Below are positions 31,901 through 40,812 of a DNA stretch of 64,000 nucleotides, piece by piece (position 1 is the first letter of the stretch; the number at the start of each line of letters is the position of its first letter). Under the pieces are notes generated by a model that saw only the letters and a program-made list of their open reading frames with translations, ran no database searches and had not been told where the DNA came from. The translations under genes and the position numbers were made by a program. Source of the DNA: an uncultured delta proteobacterium (GTDB lineage: Bacteria; Desulfobacterota; Binatia; UBA9968); assembly GCA_963728565.1 (NCBI GenBank), contig CAVSLC010000025.1:1-64000 (forward strand), written 5' to 3'.

Positions 31901-33732
31901 ACTTAATCGCGTACTTTGTGTCTAATACTGAAAAGCCTTCAGCACCCGAGCTACGGAGTTTTCTCAGTCAAAGACTTCCTGAGTACATGATTCCTTCAGC
32001 ATTTGTAGTCTTGGAGGCCTTACCTCTAACCCTTAACGGCAAAATCGATCGATCGAAGTTGCCACCGCCCGATCGCGCGAGACAGGAGATCGATCAAAGG
32101 TTTGTTGAGCCTCTATCAGAGAATGAAGAGTTGGTCGCACAAATCTGGCGCGAAGTGCTCAAGCTCGACAAGATAGGCATCCACGACAACTTCTTCGAAT
32201 TGGGCGGACACTCGCTTCTAGCAACTCAGGTAGCTGCGCGGCTCAGCGATGCCTTCAATCGAGAAATTCCGTTGAAGACTCTCTTCGACGCGCCAAGCGT
32301 CGCGATGCTGACGGAAAGCCTTGAAAGCATCATCAGGGATGGCAACACGCCCAAACTTCCGCCGATTGTTCCGATGGCCCGCGACCGGCCGCTGCCGTTA
32401 TCTGTGAACCAGGAGCATTTGTGGCGTTTGGATCAGATGATTCCGGGCACGCATTTCTTCAATATGCCTTTTGTCTATCAGCTAAGCGGTTGTCTGAATA
32501 TAAAAGCTCTCGAGAAAGCCATTGCGGAAATCATCAGGCGCCAGGAAGCGCTACGTACTGTCTTTATCGATACGGACGGCCGGCCAGCTCAAGTCATTGA
32601 ACCGGCTTCTGACTTCCAACTGCCTGTCACCGATCTTCGAAGCCGCGCGGCGGCTAGCCTGGCAGAACATGCGGCTAGTTTGATACTGGAAGAACGGGAA
32701 CAGCCGTTTGCTCTATCGAGAGGTCCACTCTTTAGGACAAAACTCCTGCGGTTGACCGATGATGATCATCTGTTTCTGATCACAATGCACCATATTATTG
32801 GCGATCATTGGTCAATGTTGGTATTTCGTCGAGAGTTAGTCGTCCTCTACAAAGCCTTTTCCCATGGCCGCAGCGCTCCCTTACCCGAACTCTCCATTCA
32901 GTTCGCCGACTTTGCGTGTTGGGAACGGCGGGCAATCGAACGAGGATCCATGAAACACCAGCTCGTGTACTGGAAGAAGCAGCTTGCTGCGCCTGCGCCC
33001 GAGCTTAGGTTTCAGAGAGATGGGAGACGGCGAAAGCGGCTACCCTTTCAGATCTGCCGGCAATCCATGGAGTTTGATGAAAATCTGTTTGTCTCGGTTA
33101 AAGCGCTGGCGCGTAAGGAGAACTGCACACCTTTTTTGATCGTGCTCACAGCTTTAAACGCGATGCTTTACCTTTACACCCGAGAGACGGATATTCCGAT
33201 AGGCACGCTGGTGGCCAACCGGCGCCGACCGGGAACGGAAGGATTGATCGGCCACTTTGTTAACACTGTCGTGCTACGCACCCGATTTTCGCCCGAGATG
33301 ACCTTTAGTCAATTATTAGCACAGGTACGAGAGGTTACCCTCTCAGCCCATGCGCACCAGGAGCTTCCGTTTGAACACTTAGCCCATAGATTAGACCGAA
33401 AGAAAAACACGAGAAGTGGCTCGCTCTTTCAGGTCCTATTCATCTATCAGAATTGGAGCTTTCCGTCTCAAGATACAGCTGGCCTTAGTCTTGCCTCTGT
33501 AGATATGCGTCAAGCAGCAGCCGAACAGGAATTAATGCCTACAACGTTTGACTTGATTTTTAATCTAAGGGAAGCGTCAACGATGTTAACAGGAACTATC
33601 AACTATAAAGTCGAAAGTGTTGACGAGGACATCGTTCGCAGGATGCGTGGATCGTTTGGCGAGGTGTTGCAAAGGATGATAGCTCACATAGGGCAACGGT
33701 TTGCAAATCTTTCTGTGGATGTGGAGATTTAG
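28900..33732 (+). CDS. NRPS 2 (TubC_N docking - C - A - T - C terminal)
   Basis: The frame upstream of GTG 29008 reads INSDEFVAYLEELGVRLSAEGERLHVNALRG (TubC_N-like) from ATA 28900 after a GAGGAG RBS; HHSAAD, YTSGSMGQPKG, GGHSL, terminal HHIIGD; no TE. Confidence 0.88.
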   Translation: MNSDEFVAYLEELGVRLSAEGERLHVNALRGKLPNDVRAQIAEQKAGILAFLRRRRSNRVTAPPVKPRSTADPAPLSFAQERLWFLDQLDPGRAVYNICRASRLLGTLNTPVLQTSLNAAVNRHETLRTAFRLIDGQPKQVVQPSRTISLETVDLSTVQESERAANIQREIESQALRSFDLQSGAMLRCVLLRVGEQEHILILATHHSAADAWSLGTLTRELWTLYDAFSNGRPYALEPLAVQYSDYAVWQREWLTGDVLELQLGYWKKRLKDVSVLNLPTDRPRRPRQSFHGSRLTIELPDDLTSAVNEMSHRFAVTPFMILLAAFQVLLYRYTGQEDVVVGSPIANRCRTELEGLMGFFVNTLVLRADLSGNLSFSEFLSRVRDTCVGADANQDLPFEKLVQELQPERDQSRNPLFQVMFVLQNATRPFTGIPGLRIEPLEVATTRSPFDLSLFLRERDRKYVGNIEYSTDLFDHDRIERMAGHFQILLEAIVKEPDQSIAKLPILTEAERHRILVEWNDTAADYPKDKCIHQLFEAQVERTPEGIAVEFEDQQITYRELNRRANQLAHYLLTLAVGPEKLVGICVERSIEMVVGLLGILKAGSAYVPLDPAYPKERLRFMLKDANISVLVTQEKLLESTQNLTHRTRHFDVCLDRDLPMIEQQRSENPVALIDSHNLAYVIYTSGSMGQPKGIAIEHQNTVALLNWAKEVFLPVEIAGVLASTSICFDLSVFELLVPLSQGGKIVLVENVLFLHEAASNGITLVNTVPSAMAALLAAGALPASVRVVNLAGEPLRSELVNQLYQTGTVKKVYDLYGPSETTTYSTFTRRTAIGPATIGRPIANTRVYLLDSHLQPVPVGVPGELCIGGAGVARGYLHRPELSAAKFITDPFSKDPNARIYRTGDLARYLPDGNIEFLGRTDNQVKIRGYRVELGEIESVLNQHPVVTESVVVASSFPTPRQGRIKVEVALPTNSMREETPLSQPYPVEGEGVSESNRNLIAYFVSNTEKPSAPELRSFLSQRLPEYMIPSAFVVLEALPLTLNGKIDRSKLPPPDRARQEIDQRFVEPLSENEELVAQIWREVLKLDKIGIHDNFFELGGHSLLATQVAARLSDAFNREIPLKTLFDAPSVAMLTESLESIIRDGNTPKLPPIVPMARDRPLPLSVNQEHLWRLDQMIPGTHFFNMPFVYQLSGCLNIKALEKAIAEIIRRQEALRTVFIDTDGRPAQVIEPASDFQLPVTDLRSRAAASLAEHAASLILEEREQPFALSRGPLFRTKLLRLTDDDHLFLITMHHIIGDHWSMLVFRRELVVLYKAFSHGRSAPLPELSIQFADFACWERRAIERGSMKHQLVYWKKQLAAPAPELRFQRDGRRRKRLPFQICRQSMEFDENLFVSVKALARKENCTPFLIVLTALNAMLYLYTRETDIPIGTLVANRRRPGTEGLIGHFVNTVVLRTRFSPEMTFSQLLAQVREVTLSAHAHQELPFEHLAHRLDRKKNTRSGSLFQVLFIYQNWSFPSQDTAGLSLASVDMRQAAAEQELMPTTFDLIFNLREASTMLTGTINYKVESVDEDIVRRMRGSFGEVLQRMIAHIGQRFANLSVDVEI
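31775..31881. repeat. REP-like palindromic element inserted in frame in the NRPS A4 domain
   Basis: 38-nt arms (31775-31812 and 31844-31881) are reverse-complementary at 25/38 positions by manual count; each arm is internally CCCC..GGGG. Confidence 0.65.
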
Positions 33733-33836
33733 TTCGCCGCGATAGCATTGTGTCGACGCCAACGCCGCAGATGTCTTTGTGTAGAGGCAAGAGAGTCAAC
33801 TTAACAATCCGCAATCTATTTGAATGGGGGTGACGT

Positions 33837-35942
33837 ATGTCATCGTTAACAAGCTGGGAACCGTCGGAACGCGCAGGACTTGGAGAATCATTGGAATACA
33901 TCCAGAGGTTGATCAGAGTGCCCTTGGATCATGATAACGAAAAAGAAGGTGAGTTCGATTTATACTACTTCATTCACAAACCCGTTGGATCAGTGAAAGA
34001 TGGTCTGAAAACTGTGCTCTTCTGCGCCGGCGGGCCAGGCCAAATAGTCCGGCCTCGCGATGAAAATTTATTGAAGTTTCTTAGAGATGAAAATACCGCT
34101 TATCGGATAGTCCATTTCCATCTTCGCGGCTCAGGCTTTAGCCAAATCCCACCAGATAGTGAGTCTGATAGATTTGTAAGAACATCCCAGGCGGTTCGAG
34201 ATATAGAAAGAATTCGTTTAGCCGTTCTTAAAGATCAACCATGGGACGGAATAGTTGGTTACAGTTATGGAACGGTGCTGGCACAGCAATATGCCAGTAA
34301 ATACAAACTAATGGTTCGAAAATTGATCCTGATCGGACCGCTATCGATGCACAAATTCAAGTCGCTCAAACCGGCAGAGGTAAAGGCTGCGTTCGATGTA
34401 TACGCAAAGGAGGTTCAGAAAGTTCGACAAACGGTGATAGGCAAGATTTACGAAAAGAATGAAGAATTTAAAGATAAGGTTTCCGAAGCCGACATAACCG
34501 AAATTGAAGCCAAGCTAGCGGACGTTTTTGACAGGATTGAAGGAAGCTTTGGCAGCGAAAAGTTTGTCGCCGACAAGCACAGCAAATTTTTTGATGATGG
34601 TAAGTTGGAGAAAGCGCAGTTGGAAAAGTACAGTAAACTCTTTTTCGAGAAGCTGTGCGAATTACGATTTATCGGCTGGCAACCCACTGAGATTGAGAAT
34701 CTCAGGGCTCGACAAGTGGAAGCGGCAAGGGTGATAGCGTTGGAATTAAAATCCGATGATCTTAGTTTAGGGGGTAAACTGGGCACCTTAGAGCCTAAAA
34801 ATGATTCCGCCGACGACCCTGTCGATGAATCATACAGAACGTTGTATGTAATGTGGGCCTACGACGGTTTTCGCCCGAGGTTTTTAAAAGAGTTGGCGGA
34901 AAGCAATCAAGATATCGGCGCCGCGCTCAAAAAGGGCGCCGAGAGAGTGGGCGGCAACGAGTTCATTGAAAAGATCGGGATCAGTAATGTCAAGCCAACG
35001 GTATGGGATCCCGCAGAGCATAAACACGACGTGCCGACTCTTATTTTAGAAGGAGATGCCGATCCTGTTACAGCAGATGGACAAGCGGAACATTACTTCG
35101 AGCAGGCTCTTACGGGGCCAAGAACTTTCATTAAGTTCGCAGGAGTTGGGCATGGATTCGATTTACCCCTGATCAACATCGAGAAGCCGTATCTAATCGG
35201 CTCGGTTCTTATCGATCCGAAGACCGTCAAAAAAGGGGAGAGCAACCTGGAGCTGTCGGGCTCGATTCCTAGTGTCGCTCGAATCATTGATAGTGGCGGA
35301 GGTGGAAACGATAGAGTCGCTGCAGTGAGCGGTTCCAATCTCGAATTTCAAGACGCCATAATACTCCGCGACAACAAAGTGTCTGTTAGGGTCATTAATC
35401 GCTCGGCTCAGGAAGAGGATACGGCGAATATCCATCTTACGATTAAGCACAATCTATTTACCGCCGGAGTCACCCTGAAAGACTCAAAGGTCCCTCGAAA
35501 AGGCAAGTCCTGGGTTTCCGGGACGTTTAAAATAAACGAGGAGAATTACGTTCTGAAACCACCGGCCAATCTGGAAGATGGGCTGGAGCTAATTGAAGAA
35601 TCTGTGCAATTGGAACTTCCCGATAAGGTGTCCCTTAAGATCAAAAACACCGCTGATCATGACGTGGAGGCTAAACCCAAAAATTGGATCTACATGCCGA
35701 CTCGTGGAGCAAAGTTTAAGGGCCCCTGTCAGGGGAAGGGTCTTCCTTCGCGAAATTGTCTAATCTATGCTTTTTTAGAGATGGAACATGAAGATTTCCG
35801 AAACCAGAAGTCTGAATTTCTGGAATTGGGCGGAGAAATACGTCAGTACATACGAACCATAGATCATCGTCCCGGCAAGACCGGTGAACAGATTCAATCG
35901 TCCAGTGAAATCTTTGAAAAGGTACCTGAGAATGTTTCATAG
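33837..35942 (+). CDS. Alpha/beta-hydrolase (S33/TAP-like peptidase) with a large C-terminal beta-rich extension
   Basis: AGGPG oxyanion motif, RGSGFS, GYSYGT nucleophile, EGDADPVT, GVGHG. Confidence 0.85.
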   Translation: MSSLTSWEPSERAGLGESLEYIQRLIRVPLDHDNEKEGEFDLYYFIHKPVGSVKDGLKTVLFCAGGPGQIVRPRDENLLKFLRDENTAYRIVHFHLRGSGFSQIPPDSESDRFVRTSQAVRDIERIRLAVLKDQPWDGIVGYSYGTVLAQQYASKYKLMVRKLILIGPLSMHKFKSLKPAEVKAAFDVYAKEVQKVRQTVIGKIYEKNEEFKDKVSEADITEIEAKLADVFDRIEGSFGSEKFVADKHSKFFDDGKLEKAQLEKYSKLFFEKLCELRFIGWQPTEIENLRARQVEAARVIALELKSDDLSLGGKLGTLEPKNDSADDPVDESYRTLYVMWAYDGFRPRFLKELAESNQDIGAALKKGAERVGGNEFIEKIGISNVKPTVWDPAEHKHDVPTLILEGDADPVTADGQAEHYFEQALTGPRTFIKFAGVGHGFDLPLINIEKPYLIGSVLIDPKTVKKGESNLELSGSIPSVARIIDSGGGGNDRVAAVSGSNLEFQDAIILRDNKVSVRVINRSAQEEDTANIHLTIKHNLFTAGVTLKDSKVPRKGKSWVSGTFKINEENYVLKPPANLEDGLELIEESVQLELPDKVSLKIKNTADHDVEAKPKNWIYMPTRGAKFKGPCQGKGLPSRNCLIYAFLEMEHEDFRNQKSEFLELGGEIRQYIRTIDHRPGKTGEQIQSSSEIFEKVPENVS

Positions 35943-36014
35943 CCGGAAAACTGCTTGACAAGCGGAGCATCATGTTGTTAGGAATAACCGCAAAAGCGTA
36001 ACAAGGAGGTTGCC

Positions 36015-36251
36015 ATGACCCTTACCAGCCAAGCGCTCGAAGATGAAGACGCTGCGGATTACGAAAAAATCAAGAAAAGACATTTGCAACTAAGCTCAGA
36101 CAAGCAAAAGGAATTAGGCGACGAACAAGCGAAAATTGTTCAAGAGGCTATCGGCTCGGTCGATCCGGAGACTCGCGCTACAATAATTAAAAAGATGGCT
36201 CCGTTAATAAAGAGCCAGATCCTCACGAACCCTAAATTCAAGAACGCTTAA
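36015..36251 (+). CDS. Small helical hypothetical protein
   Basis: Strong AAGGAGGT RBS; 78 aa; co-oriented with the cluster. Confidence 0.6.
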   Translation: MTLTSQALEDEDAADYEKIKKRHLQLSSDKQKELGDEQAKIVQEAIGSVDPETRATIIKKMAPLIKSQILTNPKFKNA

Positions 36252-36516
36252 AAACGTTCTGTCAGACCGTATCAGAACCTGTTAAGGTTCTTCGTAATTC
36301 CCGGCTGCTCAGGGTTAGCGTGGGCTAGGTTTACCGCTTTTCGCTCCTGGGGTTTATTGAATTTGAAACTTGCGGCGAATCTGGCTGCCAGCCCAATTTG
36401 CTTATGTTTTCCATATTGTTATCGGGAATCCGCCACTGGAAATCCATAAACTAATCGTCAGGATGCTGGGGACACCCGCTATCGCTACATGAACGTTCTC
36501 CGCGGCGGCTTTTCCG

Positions 36517-38088
36517 TCAAATTCCCAACCTCTTTAATTTCTTGATCAACCCCTGGCGGCTGAGACCCAGGGCTTGGGCCGCTTTCTGTTTATTGCCGCC
36601 GGAGTCGCGCAGCGCTTCGGCGATCATGCGACGCTCGAGGGCTTCGACGGCATCGGGCAACGACTTGAACCAACGCGCCGGCGCCTCTGCGGCTTTTTCC
36701 ATTGCCGGCTTTGTCAGTGCGGCTGTCGAGCCTTCAGGGGGTTTCTCCGGAGTGCGAATGGACGGATCGATATGTTCCTCCCCAATAGTTTTTCCTCTAA
36801 CTGAAGCTACAAGGCGTTTGATCTCATTCTCTAGCTCCCGCTCGTTACCTGGCCAGTGATAACTTGTCAGGTACTCCAAGGCGGCCGGAGTAAACTGCTT
36901 TGGCTCGATCTTCATCGACTTGCAGTATTTCGCCAGAAAATGGTTTGCCAGCAGCGGAATATCTTCCGGTACTTCCCGCAAAGCCGGAGTTTCGATGTGG
37001 ATCACTTTTAAGCGGTAGTATAGGTCGACGCGGAAGTGTCCGTTCTTGATCTCGGCTTCCAGATCTTTGTTGGTGGCGGCGATGATGCGCAGGTCCAGGG
37101 GCAGCGCCGTTCGGCCGCCGACCCGGGTGAGAGACCTTTCCTGGAGTATGCGCAGAATCTTGGCTTGCGAGGGCAAACTGAGATCGCCGATTTCGTCGAG
37201 GAATAACGTGCCGCCTTGAGCCTCTTCGAACTTGCCGCTACGCCGGTCCACGCCGGTGGCGATGCCTCTTTCAATGCCGAACAATTCCGCTTCGACGATG
37301 CTCTCAGGCAGAGCCGCACAATTGACCGCGACAAACGGATGTTTTGCTCGCGGGCTGTTGTAGTGCAAGGCCTTGGCCACCAACTCTTTGCCGGTTCCAC
37401 TCTCGCCCTGAATCAGCACGTCGACCGAACTATCGCGAATTTGATCGATGAGGCGCACGACCGACTGAATGCGATGGCTCATGCCGATGATGTTTCGGGT
37501 CGAGAATTCCCCGCCGATTTCCTTCCCGACCTCCGCGCCTTGTGGATTCGGTATTGCCCTATCAATCTGTGTAGTCTCAATGGCATCGCAGATATGGGAG
37601 GCCAGTGACTGAAGGATCTCGGCATCCTCGTTGGTGAACATGCCGCTCTTTTTGTTGATGGCTTCGCCGACACCGATGATTTCGCCGAGGGAATTTCTGA
37701 TTGGCACGGCAAGCAGTGTTTTGGTGCGATAGCCGATCCTTTGATCGACTTCCTTGAAGAATAGCGGATGCTCGTAAGCATCGGCGACGTTGATCGTCTG
37801 GCCGTTCATCGCCGCTGCACCGGCTATGCCCAAGCGGGCATCGAACAGCAGAATTCTTTTCTCATTCTCATGGGTAATGACCGACCAGAGCTCGCATTTC
37901 TCGCGATCGAGAAGAAAAATGCTTGCCCGGTCGGCGTGAAGCAGCGCGGCAGCCTCGTTGGTGATCAGCTCCAGAAGAGAAATGATGTCCCCTACGGAGG
38001 TCATTCGTTTGCAGGCGTTGAGGACCGTTCGCAATTGTTCCAAGCGGGGCGTCTGGATTTCAGGAGAGGCTGGCACGGCTTCGTCCAT
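36517..38088 (-). CDS. GAF-domain sigma-54-dependent Fis-family transcriptional activator
   Basis: GAF; GESGTGKE; ELFGIERGIATGV; LFLDEIG; WPGNERELEN; Fis-type HTH. Confidence 0.93.
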   Translation of the reverse strand: MDEAVPASPEIQTPRLEQLRTVLNACKRMTSVGDIISLLELITNEAAALLHADRASIFLLDREKCELWSVITHENEKRILLFDARLGIAGAAAMNGQTINVADAYEHPLFFKEVDQRIGYRTKTLLAVPIRNSLGEIIGVGEAINKKSGMFTNEDAEILQSLASHICDAIETTQIDRAIPNPQGAEVGKEIGGEFSTRNIIGMSHRIQSVVRLIDQIRDSSVDVLIQGESGTGKELVAKALHYNSPRAKHPFVAVNCAALPESIVEAELFGIERGIATGVDRRSGKFEEAQGGTLFLDEIGDLSLPSQAKILRILQERSLTRVGGRTALPLDLRIIAATNKDLEAEIKNGHFRVDLYYRLKVIHIETPALREVPEDIPLLANHFLAKYCKSMKIEPKQFTPAALEYLTSYHWPGNERELENEIKRLVASVRGKTIGEEHIDPSIRTPEKPPEGSTAALTKPAMEKAAEAPARWFKSLPDAVEALERRMIAEALRDSGGNKQKAAQALGLSRQGLIKKLKRLGI

Positions 38089-38119
38089 CCGGTTCTGAGT
38101 AACACATCAGCAAAAACGC

Positions 38120-38178
38120 TGTCAACGAAGGTGACGCACTGTCAACGCCGTCGCTGTCCTGTGGCTTGCGTGTCAAGG
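38120..38178. promoter_or_regulatory. Repeated TGTCAA motifs; candidate activator binding sites
   Basis: TGTCAACG at 38120 and 38140, TGTCAAGG at 38171; GTCAAC-gaa-GGTGAC quasi-palindrome. Confidence 0.45.
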
Positions 38179-38240
38179 CAGGTCTTCTCGCGATCATGGG
38201 CGGTCGATACGGCCATGGCGGCCCCGGCCGGGGACGGGAG

Positions 38241-38256
38241 AGGCATTCCCATTGCG
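38241..38256 (+). promoter_or_regulatory. Sigma-54 promoter divergent from the activator gene
   Basis: AGGCATTCCCATTGCG has GG-N10-GC spacing with TTGC. Confidence 0.55.
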
Positions 38257-38372
38257 GATTATGATTTCTCCTGGGATTGATGACCGGGGAGATAAACCAA
38301 TGATGATCGGCTGATAGTTACTTTGGGATATTGCTCATTATTAAGCCTCTGTCCCGTAGTGAGGACGATCCA

Positions 38373-39374
38373 CTACTCCCGGCCTGCTTGAAGCTCCGAG
38401 TAATTTTCGATCCCAAGTTGCCTTTTTCCCGTTTCAAGCTCATGAATCATCGCTAAGACTCTTCGGCACAGGCCAACAGAGAGATTCATCCTTTCGCCTT
38501 CGCGAACGACGTAGCCCAATGTGAAGTCTACTTCCGTCGGTACTCCTTTCTGAATCTGCCGCAGCGGCCCTTTGCGGTCATCGTCTTTCCACGACTTTGC
38601 CATTTCATTGATGACACCGAGCCTTCGGTCGATGGGAATACTTGGGTGAAGATCAGGCGGGTTGTATTCTGCGAGCCGAATAAAGCGTGCCCCGGCGGCA
38701 GTCCCTATTGCGACCACTTCGGTTAAGAAATCCGCGAGCAACCGCCGGTTAGCATCGCCGGCGCAACTGGTCGCCAGCGCGACATCGGCAAGGGACCCAA
38801 AGAAGCCAAGGCATGTATAAGTGAGCTTGCTCCAGAGCACGCCCAGGATGTTGTCGGAAATCTCGGTGTCTATCACTGGGTCCAGCAACTTGTGCAATCG
38901 ACTCAGCTGCGGCGTCGTCCTGCCGTGCAAATGGCCGATATACAGATGCCCGCGGGTGGAAGTTTGGACATGACCTGGAGCAACCCTGCGGCAACCCATG
39001 CGGATGGCGATACCCACGGTGCGCTCGGCGCCGACCTTTTCTTGGAGCAGGGGAGGATTGATGCCGTTTTGCATCGAGACCAGCAGCCCGTCATCGTTAA
39101 GGGCAGGGAGGACCGTTGCAAGCGCATCAGGAGTATAGTTCGAACGCACGGCAATAAAGCCGATATCGAACTTGCCCTTTATCTCCTGCGGAAAAACAAT
39201 GTTAACTTTGACGTTGAAGGCGCCGTCAGGAACGTCCACCTGCAGTCCATTAGCGCGAATGGCCTCGATGTGTTCTTTATCAACATCGACGAACATGATG
39301 TCATGGCCGGCGCGCGCTAAACGGCCGCCGATAATTCCGCCGATGGGCCCAGTTCCGATTACGATTATGCGCAT
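38373..39374 (-). CDS. Ketopantoate reductase (PanE/ApbA) family protein
   Basis: MRIIVIGTGPIGG, SMQNG, LWSKL, TEVD. Confidence 0.88.
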   Translation of the reverse strand: MRIIVIGTGPIGGIIGGRLARAGHDIMFVDVDKEHIEAIRANGLQVDVPDGAFNVKVNIVFPQEIKGKFDIGFIAVRSNYTPDALATVLPALNDDGLLVSMQNGINPPLLQEKVGAERTVGIAIRMGCRRVAPGHVQTSTRGHLYIGHLHGRTTPQLSRLHKLLDPVIDTEISDNILGVLWSKLTYTCLGFFGSLADVALATSCAGDANRRLLADFLTEVVAIGTAAGARFIRLAEYNPPDLHPSIPIDRRLGVINEMAKSWKDDDRKGPLRQIQKGVPTEVDFTLGYVVREGERMNLSVGLCRRVLAMIHELETGKRQLGIENYSELQAGRE

Positions 39375-39534
39375 AAAGAAGATCCTTTTTATGTTTGAAA
39401 TGACCGATTCCATTCTTATGCGAAATCAAGCAATGGGGTCAAATCGTTCCCGAGCCCATCCACGGGAGCCGCAGTCCCGGAGAATCTAGGGTCCTTGTCT
39501 TGACCCTGCTTTCACAAGGTCTCTATACTCAGTC

Positions 39535-40719
39535 ATGATACGCGCCGGAGTAGGATGGTCCACCGAAGCCTCCGCTGAGAAAGCCGTTGAGCAGGCTTTT
39601 GCCGCGGCTCTTGCCCGTGCAGAGATCAGGCAGGCTGATATGGCACTGATTGTTTTTACGGCGGAACACATGCGTGATCAGGAAAGACTTCGAAATGCTG
39701 TGTCTCACGCGTCCAACCACGCCGTCGTGGTCGGCTCCAGTGCCGCCGGTATTCTCACGGGCGAGGGCGAAGTCGAGGGCAGTCATGGGATCGCAGTACT
39801 TGCGCTTGCTTCCGATCAACTGCAAACGAACGCTTTTTTGTTTGAACCGCTGCGCGGGCATGATGCCGAAGCGGGAGCGAGAATAGCGAAACTCACCGGA
39901 CCCGGCCCGGGTGGCAATCTGCTCACAGTGCTTATGCCTGACAGCTACAATGGCCAGGCGCAGGAAATGCTGCAAGCGATGGCGCGCGAGATCGGCTACT
40001 CGCCGGTAATCGGAGCAGGCTCTTCGGAGAGTGGCGTTGCCGGCGCGACTTTTCAATTGTGCAACGATAAGGTTGCCACCAATGCCGTCACCGGCCTCCA
40101 TTTGTCGGGTTCGTTTGAGTCATTTATCGACATTACGCAAGGCTGCCAGCCGATTACCGAGCCGCTGGTGATCACCAGGGCCGATGGAAATATCATCTAT
40201 GAGATCGATAACCGTCCAGCGTTTGAGGTCTTTACCTCTGTGCTCAAGGGGCCGTTGCTCGAAGATCTCAGGCGGGCATTGATGTACGTATTCGTCGGCG
40301 TGCCAGCTGATCGCCGCAGGAATACCGTGGGCGGAGGCGAGTATCTAGTACGCAACATCATCGGCTTGGATTCCGAGAAAAAAATCATCGGTGTCGCGGA
40401 CGAAGTAACTGAAGGACAAGCGATGATTTTCACGTTGCGCGACGGGCATAGGGCGCGCGACGATCTGGGACAAATGCTAAAGCGTCAGGCGCAACGCCTG
40501 GACGGCAAAAAGCCGGTTTTCGGTGTTTACTTCAACTGTTGCGCGCGCGGCGCCTCGCTGTACGGCATCCCCGGCATCGACAGCGCTTACATTCGGCAGG
40601 TTCTGGGGGATTTCCCTTTGATCGGAATGTTTGGTGGATACGAGCTTGCGCCTCTGGGTGGCGCGAACCATCTTTTTGCCTATACAGGCGTCTTGGCGCT
40701 GATCGCAGAAGGGAATTGA
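39535..40719 (+). CDS. FIST N/C domain signal transduction protein
   Basis: VGSSAAG, TQGCQPI, FNCCARG, GMFGGYE. Confidence 0.9.
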   Translation: MIRAGVGWSTEASAEKAVEQAFAAALARAEIRQADMALIVFTAEHMRDQERLRNAVSHASNHAVVVGSSAAGILTGEGEVEGSHGIAVLALASDQLQTNAFLFEPLRGHDAEAGARIAKLTGPGPGGNLLTVLMPDSYNGQAQEMLQAMAREIGYSPVIGAGSSESGVAGATFQLCNDKVATNAVTGLHLSGSFESFIDITQGCQPITEPLVITRADGNIIYEIDNRPAFEVFTSVLKGPLLEDLRRALMYVFVGVPADRRRNTVGGGEYLVRNIIGLDSEKKIIGVADEVTEGQAMIFTLRDGHRARDDLGQMLKRQAQRLDGKKPVFGVYFNCCARGASLYGIPGIDSAYIRQVLGDFPLIGMFGGYELAPLGGANHLFAYTGVLALIAEGN

Positions 40720-40812
40720 TCGGCGACTTAGAAAGGAGATCCGCAGCGGACTTCAAGCGACATTTCAGACGTGGTTAATACTGGTGCGAACAGAGGGAAT
40801 CATCGCCTCTAA

